This document shows, one piece after another, positions 1 through 9,815 of a stretch of 63,787 nt of DNA (within the stretch, counting starts at the first letter, position 1; each line of letters begins with the position of its first letter). Under the pieces are notes generated by a model. It made no database searches and was not told the origin of the DNA. It saw only the letters and a program-made list of their open reading frames with translations. Origin of the DNA: a virus. Taxonomy: Duplodnaviria > Caudoviricetes. The position numbers and the translations under genes were made by a program. Location of the stretch: IMG/VR virus record IMGVR_UViG_3300025151_000033, positions 1 to 63,787 of that record; one strand, written 5' to 3'.

Positions 1-893
1 CGACCTGTAATTCCTTCACTTGGTTTTCTATCTAATCCTCTTGTAATTAGATATTGTTCCATAAGGTCAAATGCTCTAATATCAGCAGGATTTAGAACCA
101 AAGGTGCAGTATCAACTTCAACAACATATTGTAAATCAGAATTAGAAGCCTTCCATGTTCTTTCTAATCTTTCAATCTTCTTTTCAAAATCATCATCCAT
201 TTTATCTTTAATCTTATCAGCATATTTAATAAACGCTTCAATATCTTTTTCTAATGCTGGATAAGACTTTGCAACTCTTTCCCAATAAGCATAAATTTTA
301 TTTCTTCCTTCTAATGTAGCAAAGTCAGGCTTATCAATAATCTTACGAATCTTAACGCTTCTTCTCTTCAAAGCCCCTCTTTGTTTTCTTGAGGCTCTTT
401 TACCTGCCTCTTTCTTAACTTTTTGTAATAGAGCCGCTAAATTATCACTTTCATTTTTAGTGAGTTCAACTGCATCTTTATACATCTTAACTGTTCTTTT
501 CATATCATCAGCAAAGTTCTTATTTTGGAACGCTTGCTTATCAAAAAGAATAGATGCTTGATTAAATTTGGAGGTTCTTAATCTATCAAGTGTAATCTCT
601 TTGAAGTTATATTTGACATTTTCTCTAAGAAGAGTTAATAAATCCTCTCTTGCTTGAACTTGCTTAACATCTTCGGGCTTACTTAGAATCTTAGCATCAT
701 CTTCTAATTTATCCAAATAATCATCAAGTTCATCATCTGTCATTTGTTGTCCAGATTTGAAGGGATTTTTGCTTTTAGGTAATGCTTGTAGTTCATCACC
801 AATAATACCCATTACTCTTCTAATTTCATTTTTTCTTCCAGACGCTACTGCTTCTGCATATCTTTTTACATCAACTTCTCTTAATTTAACCAT
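1..893 (-). CDS. hypothetical protein (partial, runs off window start)
   Basis: ATG at 893 (MVKLREVDVKRYAEAVASG...), just downstream of the 817-aa ORF; reads as an open K/E-rich frame toward the window edge. Confidence 0.7.
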   Translation of the reverse strand, partial: MVKLREVDVKRYAEAVASGRKNEIRRVMGIIGDELQALPKSKNPFKSGQQMTDDELDDYLDKLEDDAKILSKPEDVKQVQAREDLLTLLRENVKYNFKEITLDRLRTSKFNQASILFDKQAFQNKNFADDMKRTVKMYKDAVELTKNESDNLAALLQKVKKEAGKRASRKQRGALKRRSVKIRKIIDKPDFATLEGRNKIYAYWERVAKSYPALEKDIEAFIKYADKIKDKMDDDFEKKIERLERTWKASNSDLQYVVEVDTAPLVLNPADIRAFDLMEQYLITRGLDRKPSEGITG

Positions 894-897
894 TCTA

Positions 898-3351
898 TCA
901 AACCTCCGATATTAGTCCTAATTCTTCTAATCTGTCATATACTTTAAAGTATAATTTAATTCTCTTTTGTCCACCCTTTTCTCTAATGGTTCTATTGAAT
1001 AACTTTTCATACTTTGGTTGGTTGTTTACCATGTCTTCTAATTTATTCTCAACCACTTGCATTAAACCTTGTTTAATACTTGAAAGTGCTGCAATTATTT
1101 TGTTTGCGAATAATTTGATTTCTCTAATGAAAGGAACTCCATCTGAAGTTAAAATATAATCTTCTCTATCTTCTTTAGGAACTTTACTTATCGCTGAATC
1201 AATACTTGACCAAACTCTATTAAATCTGCCCTTTTCTCCTAAATCTCCGTCAGCATTAGCAATTACATGGATTAATTCTAAGAAGTCCATTTGTTTTGAA
1301 CTATGTTTGACTTTACCATCAAATAACTCCGCTATTGATTTGTCAGATTCAAACCTCTCATATATAATTGCCGCTAAACCTTTCTGTAAAGAAGTGAGTT
1401 GATTGAATGCTTCAGTAGTTTCAGTCTTACCAAAAGAAGGAGTTTGATAACCTCTTGCATCATATAAGAAATTAATTGCATCTTCTTGAACATTTATTGA
1501 TTTAAATTTAGGATTTTCTCTCTTAAACTTTCTATATTCTCTTGATGCTCTATTTCCTTCACGAAGAACTTTAACAAATTCTTTTGCAATTTTATTGGAT
1601 TTATCATTTACAAATTCAACAATTGTAAAGTTAGAGTTTCCTACTTCAATTTCTTTCTTGACTTTCTTAACTTGAGAATTATCTTTAATGTGTTCTAATT
1701 CTTCTTCATCAAGACCCGACCAACGAGAGATTTTTCTGTAATTATCTTCTTGTTCTGATAATGAAACTAAAAATGCCATCATAGGTTCAGATAAATTATT
1801 TACTGCATCAGTAATTGAAGAGTTAATGTCGCTCTTATATTGATTGAAAAGACCTGTCCATTCTTCGCTTCCACCACTAATTAGACTTCCAATTTCTTGT
1901 TGAATCTTCTTTGGAGTTTCATCTCCTGTTAATCCCATAGGATTCTCTAATAGAGTTTGATATGCAGGACTACCTTCTAATTTATCTTTAATCTTATTTG
2001 CTCTTGCAATTACTTGTTGTGAAGTTTCTTCTTCTCTTTGTTGAGATTGGGCTTTTCCTTCAACTTGAGTAATTACAGTTCCTTTACCTCTCTTCCTTGC
2101 AATTAAATTACCTTTATCTTTAGATAGTAAGAATACATTTGAAATATCTCTAACGAAATCAGTCATAAGTTTATCATCTGAAATAAACATTCTATTCTTC
2201 AAATTCTGTCGGAACTCTTCAAATAATTTATCTCCCTTTAGACCTTCTAATTCATTATCCAACAATACATCTAAGTATCTATTTAATCTTGGGCGATTAC
2301 CACTTGTTCTCTTAACAAATATTTCACCCAATAAAGAACCTGTATATCCATGAATATTTCCAGGCAATAATTCATTAATGTTTTTACTAATGTATTGAGA
2401 ATTTAAGAATTGATAAATATAGGTTCTAACTTGAGGAACTCCGATTTGATTTACTCGGTATTCTTTTTCATTGTCAATAGTTAATCTTTGAATATCCGAT
2501 GAAGAAACATTACCTAAATGTTGAGCCAATGCTGAACGAATGAGAGTCTGTTCATATCCAATTGAAGTTTTTTCTATTTGTAATTCTTCAAACTTTTCTG
2601 ATAAAGATTGTAGTAATTGTTGAAGTTCTTGATTAACATTATCTGAAACTAATCTATTTTTTACTCTTATAGTATTATCATCGGACTTAATATCCCAACC
2701 TGCGTAAACTGATTTAACTGCGCTCAGAATATTTTTTGCGTTTCCACCTTTAACTTTCATTTCAATTTCAACATCGGTTGAAATAAGAATATCTTTTCCT
2801 TTAAGTGCTATCAATAATTTTTTCTTTAATTCAGGGTTGATTGGATTTGCTTTTGTATATCCTTTTTCATCTTCAATGAAACTATTAAGCGATTGTATGC
2901 TTTCTTTGAATAGACTTCCTGTATCTCCATTATCAATTAATTCTTCAAGCAATTTTTGGTTTTCTTCCCATGTTCTTGCTCTCCAAACCATTCTCTTATT
3001 TGTTCTTGGATTTTTTGCTCTTTCACTTTGAAGTCTGCTTGTTTCTTTATTAACTAAATCTAAAACTGTATCTTTTAACATTTTAAGATTCTTAGTCAAA
3101 TCTTCAATTTCATATCCGCCCTCATCCCACAAATACTGATAATAGTCCTCAACATATTCTTCTTCATCATTAATACTTCCAAAGAAATCTAATGCTGCAT
3201 TTTTATTGACAAACTTTTCAGACGACTTAATTAAGTTAATAATGTTTTTAACTTGTTGTTCATTGACAATAATTGTTCCGTAAAAATCTCTTGAACTTGC
3301 TCTCGCTGGAAACTTAAATTCCTTTTGCGCTTTTAGAACAAGTTGCCACAT
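898..3351 (-). CDS. large hypothetical protein, possibly virion-internal
   Basis: 817-aa ORF starting MWQLVLKA (shared WxxxLK motif). Confidence 0.75.
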   Translation of the reverse strand: MWQLVLKAQKEFKFPARASSRDFYGTIIVNEQQVKNIINLIKSSEKFVNKNAALDFFGSINDEEEYVEDYYQYLWDEGGYEIEDLTKNLKMLKDTVLDLVNKETSRLQSERAKNPRTNKRMVWRARTWEENQKLLEELIDNGDTGSLFKESIQSLNSFIEDEKGYTKANPINPELKKKLLIALKGKDILISTDVEIEMKVKGGNAKNILSAVKSVYAGWDIKSDDNTIRVKNRLVSDNVNQELQQLLQSLSEKFEELQIEKTSIGYEQTLIRSALAQHLGNVSSSDIQRLTIDNEKEYRVNQIGVPQVRTYIYQFLNSQYISKNINELLPGNIHGYTGSLLGEIFVKRTSGNRPRLNRYLDVLLDNELEGLKGDKLFEEFRQNLKNRMFISDDKLMTDFVRDISNVFLLSKDKGNLIARKRGKGTVITQVEGKAQSQQREEETSQQVIARANKIKDKLEGSPAYQTLLENPMGLTGDETPKKIQQEIGSLISGGSEEWTGLFNQYKSDINSSITDAVNNLSEPMMAFLVSLSEQEDNYRKISRWSGLDEEELEHIKDNSQVKKVKKEIEVGNSNFTIVEFVNDKSNKIAKEFVKVLREGNRASREYRKFKRENPKFKSINVQEDAINFLYDARGYQTPSFGKTETTEAFNQLTSLQKGLAAIIYERFESDKSIAELFDGKVKHSSKQMDFLELIHVIANADGDLGEKGRFNRVWSSIDSAISKVPKEDREDYILTSDGVPFIREIKLFANKIIAALSSIKQGLMQVVENKLEDMVNNQPKYEKLFNRTIREKGGQKRIKLYFKVYDRLEELGLISEV

Positions 3352-3355
3352 AAGA

Positions 3356-3619
3356 TTACCTTCTTCTTAATATATCTCTAATATCGTTTGGTAATTCATT
3401 ATCTAATCCATAAAATCTAATATCTCTCTTAAATCTATCTCTAATATCTTTAGGTCTATCATAAGGATTTCTTGGTCTATCTCTAATATCTTTACCTTTT
3501 TCAGAATAATAAATACATTGTGCTTTATTATTGAGCATTACTTTTTCTAATTGACATTTCTTGTTTTTGTTGTATTTACATTTTGTTGCTTCGCAAACTT
3601 CAACTTTACATTCAGCCAT
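3356..3619 (-). CDS. Cys-rich DUF1540-like small protein
   Basis: CEATKCKYNKNKKC...C pattern; C-terminal (K/R/N)DIR repeats. Confidence 0.55.
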   Translation of the reverse strand: MAECKVEVCEATKCKYNKNKKCQLEKVMLNNKAQCIYYSEKGKDIRDRPRNPYDRPKDIRDRFKRDIRFYGLDNELPNDIRDILRRR

Positions 3620-3621
3620 AA

Positions 3622-4248
3622 TTAATCCTCCGCAGTAAAAGCACTTCTTTTCTTACTTTCGTGATAACCTGTTCCTTTACAATGATTACAACCTTTACCA
3701 TTACATTTAGGACATTTTACCTTTCCTTTCTTCTCATCATCTCTTAACATAGAAAAATCTTCGGAATCAATCCTTCCATTATTATTTCTATCTAATTTCT
3801 TTTGATTACCAACTAAAGACTTCATTTCCTTTTCTTTACAGTCTGCACAACCGCAACCGCCTTTATCCAAATCTTCTTTATTACTTCCACAATGGGCTTT
3901 TAGAGTTTCTTCCCACTTTGTCATGGAATCATCTTCTTTATATGAATCCAAATAATCTTCAACTAATGCCATCATTGTAGCAAATTCTTTTCCTCTTAAT
4001 CTTGGAGGATTATCCATTTCTCTTAGTAGTAATTCAAGTGTATGTCTGAATCCATCTGTAGTCCTACTATTAATAGAATTTTCAGGGAACTCTTCCATTC
4101 TTCTTAATACGCCTCTTAAAGCAGTAATATTTTGACCTATCCTTTTATTTCGGGCAAATACATCTGCTTCTCTTAAATCGTCTGAAGCAAATTCTTCTGC
4201 AACTGCTCTTTCATAGTTGCTTATTTTAATAATATCTTCCCAATTCAT
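3622..4248 (-). CDS. hypothetical protein with EF-hand-like loop and DnaJ-type Zn finger
   Basis: LDRNNNGRIDSEDF (DxNxxGxIDxxDF); CPKCNGKGCNHCKGTG. Confidence 0.6.
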   Translation of the reverse strand: MNWEDIIKISNYERAVAEEFASDDLREADVFARNKRIGQNITALRGVLRRMEEFPENSINSRTTDGFRHTLELLLREMDNPPRLRGKEFATMMALVEDYLDSYKEDDSMTKWEETLKAHCGSNKEDLDKGGCGCADCKEKEMKSLVGNQKKLDRNNNGRIDSEDFSMLRDDEKKGKVKCPKCNGKGCNHCKGTGYHESKKRSAFTAED

Positions 4249-4249
4249 T

Positions 4250-4582
4250 TTAATCTCTCCTAAATGGATTAAAAGGCTCTTTTTCTTCTTCCTCTTCAGG
4301 TTTATCTAAAAATTGACCGCCTGTGTATTTTGCTTCTCTTTTGGCTTTTTCTTCTCTTAGCCTTTTTTCTTCATTGAGTCTAATAGTTTCTTTTCTTTTT
4401 TCATTTGCCTGTTGTTGTCTTTTAGGAGAAAGAGGTCTGTTTGGCTTATCGGAATATATATTTCCACGATTCTTTTTTCTTTTTAAAGCAGGTCTTTTTG
4501 TTGCAATTGCACCATATTCTTTGAAATCAAATGAATCGCTTCTTCCAGCATATCCTCTTTTGAGTATATCTTCCCAATTCAT
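4250..4582 (-). CDS. hypothetical basic protein
   Basis: 110 aa, starts MNWEDILKR, tightly packed operon. Confidence 0.65.
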   Translation of the reverse strand: MNWEDILKRGYAGRSDSFDFKEYGAIATKRPALKRKKNRGNIYSDKPNRPLSPKRQQQANEKRKETIRLNEEKRLREEKAKREAKYTGGQFLDKPEEEEEKEPFNPFRRD

Positions 4583-5235
4583 TGTAATTTCTCCTCCATC
4601 TTCTTTCTAACATCTAACCAAACATCAGGATGGTTTTGAGCCAATACTTCTTGAACAATCTGCATTTGTGCTACAATAATAGTATCTTGTCTTTTATGCA
4701 CCAACTTGCCCTTAAACTCCATAAGATACTTCAAAGACTCTCTAATCTCTTTTGCAAGTTTAGTTAGGCTATCAATATACTTTGCACTAATATCATCGTT
4801 AGCAAACAATTCATCAATCTTAGTTTCTAATCTTCCGATATTATGGGAAAGAACATCTATTTCATTAACTTCTTTCTTTGCTAACTGAATTGCTGCGGAT
4901 TTCTGAACAATAGGTTGTAAATGGTGTTTCATGTGTCTATACACTTGGTCTTGAGTCATTTCTAAAGAAACTGCAATTGCACTTGGAGTTAATTCTCCTT
5001 CACTTAATGCTCTTTCAAAATCGGCTCTCATTGGATTAGTGCAAAAATTACATTGAGGATTTGATTTATTTACATAATCTCCCATGTGATTTCTCATGTG
5101 TTTAGCAGTAGTTCCACTTTGCCAATTATTTTCTCTATCAACGGCATCTGCATGAATTTGATTTGTTTCAAGCATAGCCTCAATATTCTCCCTATCAGGA
5201 GATTGACACAATTTACACCTTCTGCGAGTTACCAT
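4579..5235 (-). CDS. tandem CxxC-HTH-HxxxH protein, putative terminase small subunit
   Basis: Two modules (CKLC...KHMRNH; CNFC...RHMKHH) followed by a coiled coil. Confidence 0.45.
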   Translation of the reverse strand: MVTRRRCKLCQSPDRENIEAMLETNQIHADAVDRENNWQSGTTAKHMRNHMGDYVNKSNPQCNFCTNPMRADFERALSEGELTPSAIAVSLEMTQDQVYRHMKHHLQPIVQKSAAIQLAKKEVNEIDVLSHNIGRLETKIDELFANDDISAKYIDSLTKLAKEIRESLKYLMEFKGKLVHKRQDTIIVAQMQIVQEVLAQNHPDVWLDVRKKMEEKLQ

Positions 5236-5237
5236 AT

Positions 5238-5660
5238 TTAATCCCTCTTCATGTTTCTTTTATTCTTTGGCGGTTCATAGCCTCTTTCTCTATAAAACGC
5301 TTCATCATATTTAAAATCAGAATCTTCGGGTTCTTGTCCTTGAAAGAATCCTACTCCATGAGCATATTCAAAATCTATTTTTCTTCCTAATCTCCAATAT
5401 TCCTTTTGTTCATCTGAATCTGTTTTTGCTCTATGCCATTGATAATAAGGGTGGTCATGTATGTAAGTTTTAGGTTCTTCGGGTTCTTGTCCCAATTCTC
5501 TTTCTATTCTTGCTCTTAAATCTCTAAGAAGTTGTTTTCTTTTTGGTTGAAGAGGATGATTTTCTTTTCTTTTTGGTCGCATTATTCTATCTTCCGCCAT
5601 ATGTGCTTGAACCATTCTCCAAGCATCATCTTGACTTATTTTAAGAATATCTTGCCACAT
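5238..5660 (-). CDS. hypothetical protein
   Basis: Likely start MWQDILKIS at 5660, just after the stop of the upstream ORF. Confidence 0.65.
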   Translation of the reverse strand: MWQDILKISQDDAWRMVQAHMAEDRIMRPKRKENHPLQPKRKQLLRDLRARIERELGQEPEEPKTYIHDHPYYQWHRAKTDSDEQKEYWRLGRKIDFEYAHGVGFFQGQEPEDSDFKYDEAFYRERGYEPPKNKRNMKRD

Positions 5661-5661
5661 T

Positions 5662-5946
5662 TCATTCATCTCTTGGATTTTTACTTTTATCTTCAACATC
5701 AAATCTTACATTACTACTTCTTGCCATTTCTTCCAAAATACCTTTCATAGATGCTTGTCTTAATTTAGGGTTTCTTAATCCTCTCTTTAAATAATATTGA
5801 ACCATGTTTCTTGTAATGTTGTCTAATACTGAATACTTAACATATTTTTGTCTATTTGCAGGTAATTCATCAGCCATTATTTTTCTGCCCAAAATTCTCC
5901 ATTCTTCATCTGTTGGAGTTCTCTTTAATACTAATTCCCATGCCAT
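5662..5946 (-). CDS. hypothetical protein
   Basis: 94 aa, starts MAWELVLKR. Confidence 0.65.
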   Translation of the reverse strand: MAWELVLKRTPTDEEWRILGRKIMADELPANRQKYVKYSVLDNITRNMVQYYLKRGLRNPKLRQASMKGILEEMARSSNVRFDVEDKSKNPRDE

Positions 5947-7112
5947 AATGTTTCAACCCAACTTTTTTGCACATCTTCAGTATTCTTATTTTTATCTCTT
6001 GGATGATTAATAGGTTGTCCATTAACTCTCGGTCTAAAATCAAGATTTTTACTGTGAATATAGAATCCACCTGCTGAACGCTTACGACCCAATTGACTAC
6101 CAAATACTTCTTTAATCAATCTTTCAAATACTTGACCTGAAATTTGAACTTGGAAACCTTCAATTTCACCTTCTAAGTCTTGAATACCAGCAGCACTTCT
6201 AACATAGTTTTCTTCTTGTTTAGAAGTAATTGGGAATTGGATTGCTTCAAACAATTTAGCCATTTTACCCAACAATAATTCACCTGTATTAGAATCGTTA
6301 GATTGAGGATTCTTTAGAATCTTAGCAACTTCTGTTTTAACGGCAGGAATTTCAGCCAATTCTCCAGGTTTTCTCAATTGTCTAATAATAACGAAATTAT
6401 CTGCACCATCTAATTCTTCAACTGCAAGAGTAATTACATCAAGTAATCCTTCTGAAACAACTCCACCATCACCGAATAATGCTTGGTAAAGTGGAGGTCT
6501 TGCACTAAAATCTCTATTTGCTGAATAATAAGATGAAGGAACTTTAATTGCAGTTTGACCTTCTTTTCTTGCAGCCAATTTATTGTATAATGGAGTTCTA
6601 TAATGTCCGAAAGTATTTGGCTTCTTAGGGTATTTAGCCCTACCACCAACAATATCTTCAGGAGTAGTAAATGGAATGTTAGCAGGATTTAAGTCCACAT
6701 TTTCTTTCATTCTTTCTAACTTACGCTTAAAGATTCTTAGTTTCTTAACATCAGCCACTTCTGCAATTTTCTCTCCTTTTGCAATCTTTTCTAAACTCAA
6801 AACAATTTCAGTAGCACCACTTTTGTTTGCATTAGGAGAATTAGGTCGTCTAACCTTTCCATAATCCAAAGAATCATTTACATGGTGTAAAGCGAATTGA
6901 AATAGATTTGGTTGTGTTGCACCAGAAGTTCCCATTTTAGGTGTTCCAGACTTTGCACTTTCACATTGTCTTTTCCATTTTTTATATGCAGGAACAAACT
7001 TACCCTCATAAGTTTGAATTACCTGTTGTCCTTTATATGCAGTTGAAGTTCTTTTAGCAACCTTAGTTTTCTTTTTAGGTGCTTTTAGAATATTTGTCCA
7101 TTTAATTGTCAT
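5931..7112 (-). CDS. hypothetical basic protein
   Basis: ~393 aa; likely start MTIKWTNILKA after a GGAGTGA-type SD. Confidence 0.7.
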   Translation of the reverse strand: MTIKWTNILKAPKKKTKVAKRTSTAYKGQQVIQTYEGKFVPAYKKWKRQCESAKSGTPKMGTSGATQPNLFQFALHHVNDSLDYGKVRRPNSPNANKSGATEIVLSLEKIAKGEKIAEVADVKKLRIFKRKLERMKENVDLNPANIPFTTPEDIVGGRAKYPKKPNTFGHYRTPLYNKLAARKEGQTAIKVPSSYYSANRDFSARPPLYQALFGDGGVVSEGLLDVITLAVEELDGADNFVIIRQLRKPGELAEIPAVKTEVAKILKNPQSNDSNTGELLLGKMAKLFEAIQFPITSKQEENYVRSAAGIQDLEGEIEGFQVQISGQVFERLIKEVFGSQLGRKRSAGGFYIHSKNLDFRPRVNGQPINHPRDKNKNTEDVQKSWVETLWHGN

Positions 7113-8136
7113 TTTCTTCACTCCTTTTCTTCTTGTTCCTATTACTATAACTAATATTATATAGAGAATTTACTGCCGAGTTTCCTGTGCTAAATGCACC
7201 TTCGGCTTTTTGCTCTTGATAACTTGTTCCCATTTCATCATCGTCAAGGGTAATTACTCTCTCTCCCAATAGATTTCCCAATCCTTCGGAGGGTTTTAAC
7301 TTATTGGCTTCGTTTTTGTTTAGGACTAATTCTTCCCCATCACTACTAACATAAAGACCAACTGTTTTATTTTGACTTTTAAGTTTGAAAACTTTACCTC
7401 CTTTTATTCTTGAACCTTTTATGTATGGACTATGAATAATTGGAGGGAATGCTTTAATTAAATTAAACCAAGACTTTAACATAATATTTCTTTCTGCTGC
7501 TTTTTCTTCAACATTCTTAATATTCTGCTCAATAGTTTTAAGACGCTTAGTATCATTCTCAAGAGTTGCTTTTGCTTTCAAATCTCTCAATGTGTTTAAT
7601 CTATCCTGTAATTGTTTAGTTTCTTTTTCTTTGGGTGATTGCCAATCTTCAAAGTATCTATTACCTAATCCAGAAACTCTTCTTAATACTGCTTCCATTT
7701 CAGATTCTTCTTTAGGATTATATCCTAATTTCTTAAATCCTCCGCCAAACCACTTTGGAGGGTTTTTACGATTCATAGGTGAGGCATAACTACCATAAGC
7801 AGTAGCATATAAATTAGATTCTTTTTGTGCAGTAAGAACTTTTCTAACTCTCTTTGTAATATAATCTTCTAATCTTTGACTAAATTCTTTTCCTTCAGAT
7901 TTTAGCCTCTTTTTTGCTTCTCTAATAGAAGATTTAATTTGTTTTTCAATTTCTTTCTCATAAGCAGCATTTACTTCTTTAGTAACTTGTGGAGAAATCT
8001 TATCTAACTCATTAAACTTAAATAATCCTCCACGACCAGAACCTTTAATTGTTGGTCTATTTGGACTTGGGAAATTTGTATTTGGAAATGGCGACTTTAA
8101 TATGTCTTTCCAATTATTTTCGTCATTTTCTGTCAT
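7102..8136 (-). CDS. hypothetical basic protein
   Basis: ~344 aa; MTENDENNWKDILKS after GGTG SD; internal MLKSWFNLIKA. Confidence 0.7.
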   Translation of the reverse strand: MTENDENNWKDILKSPFPNTNFPSPNRPTIKGSGRGGLFKFNELDKISPQVTKEVNAAYEKEIEKQIKSSIREAKKRLKSEGKEFSQRLEDYITKRVRKVLTAQKESNLYATAYGSYASPMNRKNPPKWFGGGFKKLGYNPKEESEMEAVLRRVSGLGNRYFEDWQSPKEKETKQLQDRLNTLRDLKAKATLENDTKRLKTIEQNIKNVEEKAAERNIMLKSWFNLIKAFPPIIHSPYIKGSRIKGGKVFKLKSQNKTVGLYVSSDGEELVLNKNEANKLKPSEGLGNLLGERVITLDDDEMGTSYQEQKAEGAFSTGNSAVNSLYNISYSNRNKKKRSEENDN

Positions 8137-8138
8137 AT

Positions 8139-8321
8139 TTACACCATTTTTCTTTGCCAATGAAGATATTTTGCCATTTTACTGTTAATTTCGTAAGAAG
8201 AATAAGGAAAACCTTGTGCAATTAATAAATAAAGTAATTCTTGTTCATGTTTTCGCCAAAATATAGGGTGTTTTTTACCAAATTCCGCTAATTCTGACCA
8301 AAATTGAATATATAAGTCCAT
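8139..8321 (-). CDS. small hypothetical protein
   Basis: 60 aa, GAGG SD upstream. Confidence 0.5.
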   Translation of the reverse strand: MDLYIQFWSELAEFGKKHPIFWRKHEQELLYLLIAQGFPYSSYEINSKMAKYLHWQRKMV

Positions 8322-8437
8322 ATTTTACCTCTCTTTTTGTCTATTTGAAGAAAATTCTCTTTATTTTTGAGTTCAAACTCATCAATCTTCTTTGATTCAC
8401 TATCAAACCATGTATCAAGAAGTGTGCATCGTGTCAT
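8288..8437 (-). CDS. small hypothetical protein
   Basis: Hand-translated 49 aa MTRCTLLDTWFDSESKK..., GGTGA SD upstream. Confidence 0.4.
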   Translation of the reverse strand: MTRCTLLDTWFDSESKKIDEFELKNKENFLQIDKKRGKIWTYIFNFGQN

Positions 8438-8724
8438 TTTGTTCACCATTGGGGGTATAATTTTTTAATCCTACTTTTTTTCAAAAAATGGGCGCAAATT
8501 TTTTCGGCACTTGCAAAATTTTTTATATTTTATTTAATCTATTTCCAGAATAAAATTACTAAATAGTTATTTTGTTTTTTATATTATGTAATATTTATTT
8601 AAATGTTTTATTATTGCAGTTGAATTGATTTGTTTCATTTATATCTGCATTAATTAACCAAGTGTATGTATAATTTCTGTCTAATTTGACCATATTTGAG
8701 TGATTTAGATATATAATTTGAGTA

Positions 8725-8883
8725 TTATTGTTCATGTGAATTATCTCCTGAAAAATCAGTTAATTTAGTTTGGTTCAACATTTCTATTTGTTTGTAAAGT
8801 TCTGTCAAATTTGACTCTATTTGTTGCTTTAATTCTTCTTTGATATTATTTATCTTAGATAGAATTTCGGCATTATTAGCCAT
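8725..8883 (-). CDS. small coiled-coil protein
   Basis: Hand-translated 52 aa MANNAEILSKINNIKEELKQQ..., GAGGGG SD upstream. Confidence 0.45.
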   Translation of the reverse strand: MANNAEILSKINNIKEELKQQIESNLTELYKQIEMLNQTKLTDFSGDNSHEQ

Positions 8884-9101
8884 TTACTAACCCCTCAAAT
8901 CCTATGATACAGGAACAGGTTATATAGTTAATTGACAAATGCCAATATTTACTACCCACCAAATTAAAATACAGCAAATAAAGGAAAATAAAAAAATTTA
9001 ATGCAAAGCCATATGGTTGTATAACTGTCTAAATTCAAATATTAGCATATGGATAGGCACTTTGAATGTTTATCCTTGCATTAGGGTGAATTACCTAATT
9101 A

Positions 9102-9307
9102 ATGGATTGAATCAACAACTGACCCAAGACCAAACGCTCTTCGGTGTATTAACGAGATATTGCTTCACAATAGCGCAATTGTGGAGATGCAACTTTAGAA
9201 ACGGTAATTCATACGCAATCGTCCCTGTGCGGAAATGTGAGATTCGGGGTAATCAATTGTAAGTCCTCAAAATCCACCCATTTTGCCTGAAATATGGCAC
9301 TTGGGTT
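9102..9307 (+). ncRNA. candidate structured ncRNA cassette
   Basis: ATG 38 nt after the palindrome is followed at once by a stop; GACCCAAG(9121)/CTTGGGTT(9300) closing stem and hairpin 9160-9192. Confidence 0.3.
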
Positions 9308-9383
9308 CTTATACCTCAAAAGTTACGACCATATGGTAGTGCTTTGTTGATACCGCAGAAATTACTCTTGAAAACCAATTGAC

Positions 9384-9689
9384 ATGGAAACCAATGTGCT
9401 TAACCAATTGTTGATGAATAAAGGTGTGTATGATAATATCGCTGGCTTTTGGTTTGAATCCGTTGCTATGCGTGAAATTTGCATGAATGAATCTAATTCT
9501 CTCAAAGAGTTTATTTCTCACCCTTTGAAAGAAGAATGCGCTCGCAATTGGGCAATTGCTACTCGTTGCTTTGAATCTGTTGAAACTTTGATTATGCAGA
9601 CTATGGCGACTGAAGTTGAAGAAATGCTCAATGCTAATCCTATGTTGGGTATTTTGGCTATGATGGAAATGGCTTTCAATAATGAGTAA
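9384..9689 (+). CDS. hypothetical protein (cassette gene)
   Basis: 101 aa; ATG 38 nt after palindrome 9317-9346. Confidence 0.7.
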   Translation: METNVLNQLLMNKGVYDNIAGFWFESVAMREICMNESNSLKEFISHPLKEECARNWAIATRCFESVETLIMQTMATEVEEMLNANPMLGILAMMEMAFNNE

Positions 9690-9815
9690 AGTCATACCGA
9701 TGACGATGTTTAGTGCATCTGAGGTATTAAACCAAAAGTATCATACCATATGGGTTTAACTTTGAGGAATAAAACCCCAAAGGGAAAAACCGAAGTTTTT
9801 TGTGGTATTTTAGGC

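Noticed and set aside
2837-7789. Plus-strand ORFs of 60-95 aa opposite the left gene block (and similar shadow ORFs elsewhere)
   Set aside because: Antisense to longer, tightly packed genes, with F/L/S-rich shadow composition and no SD
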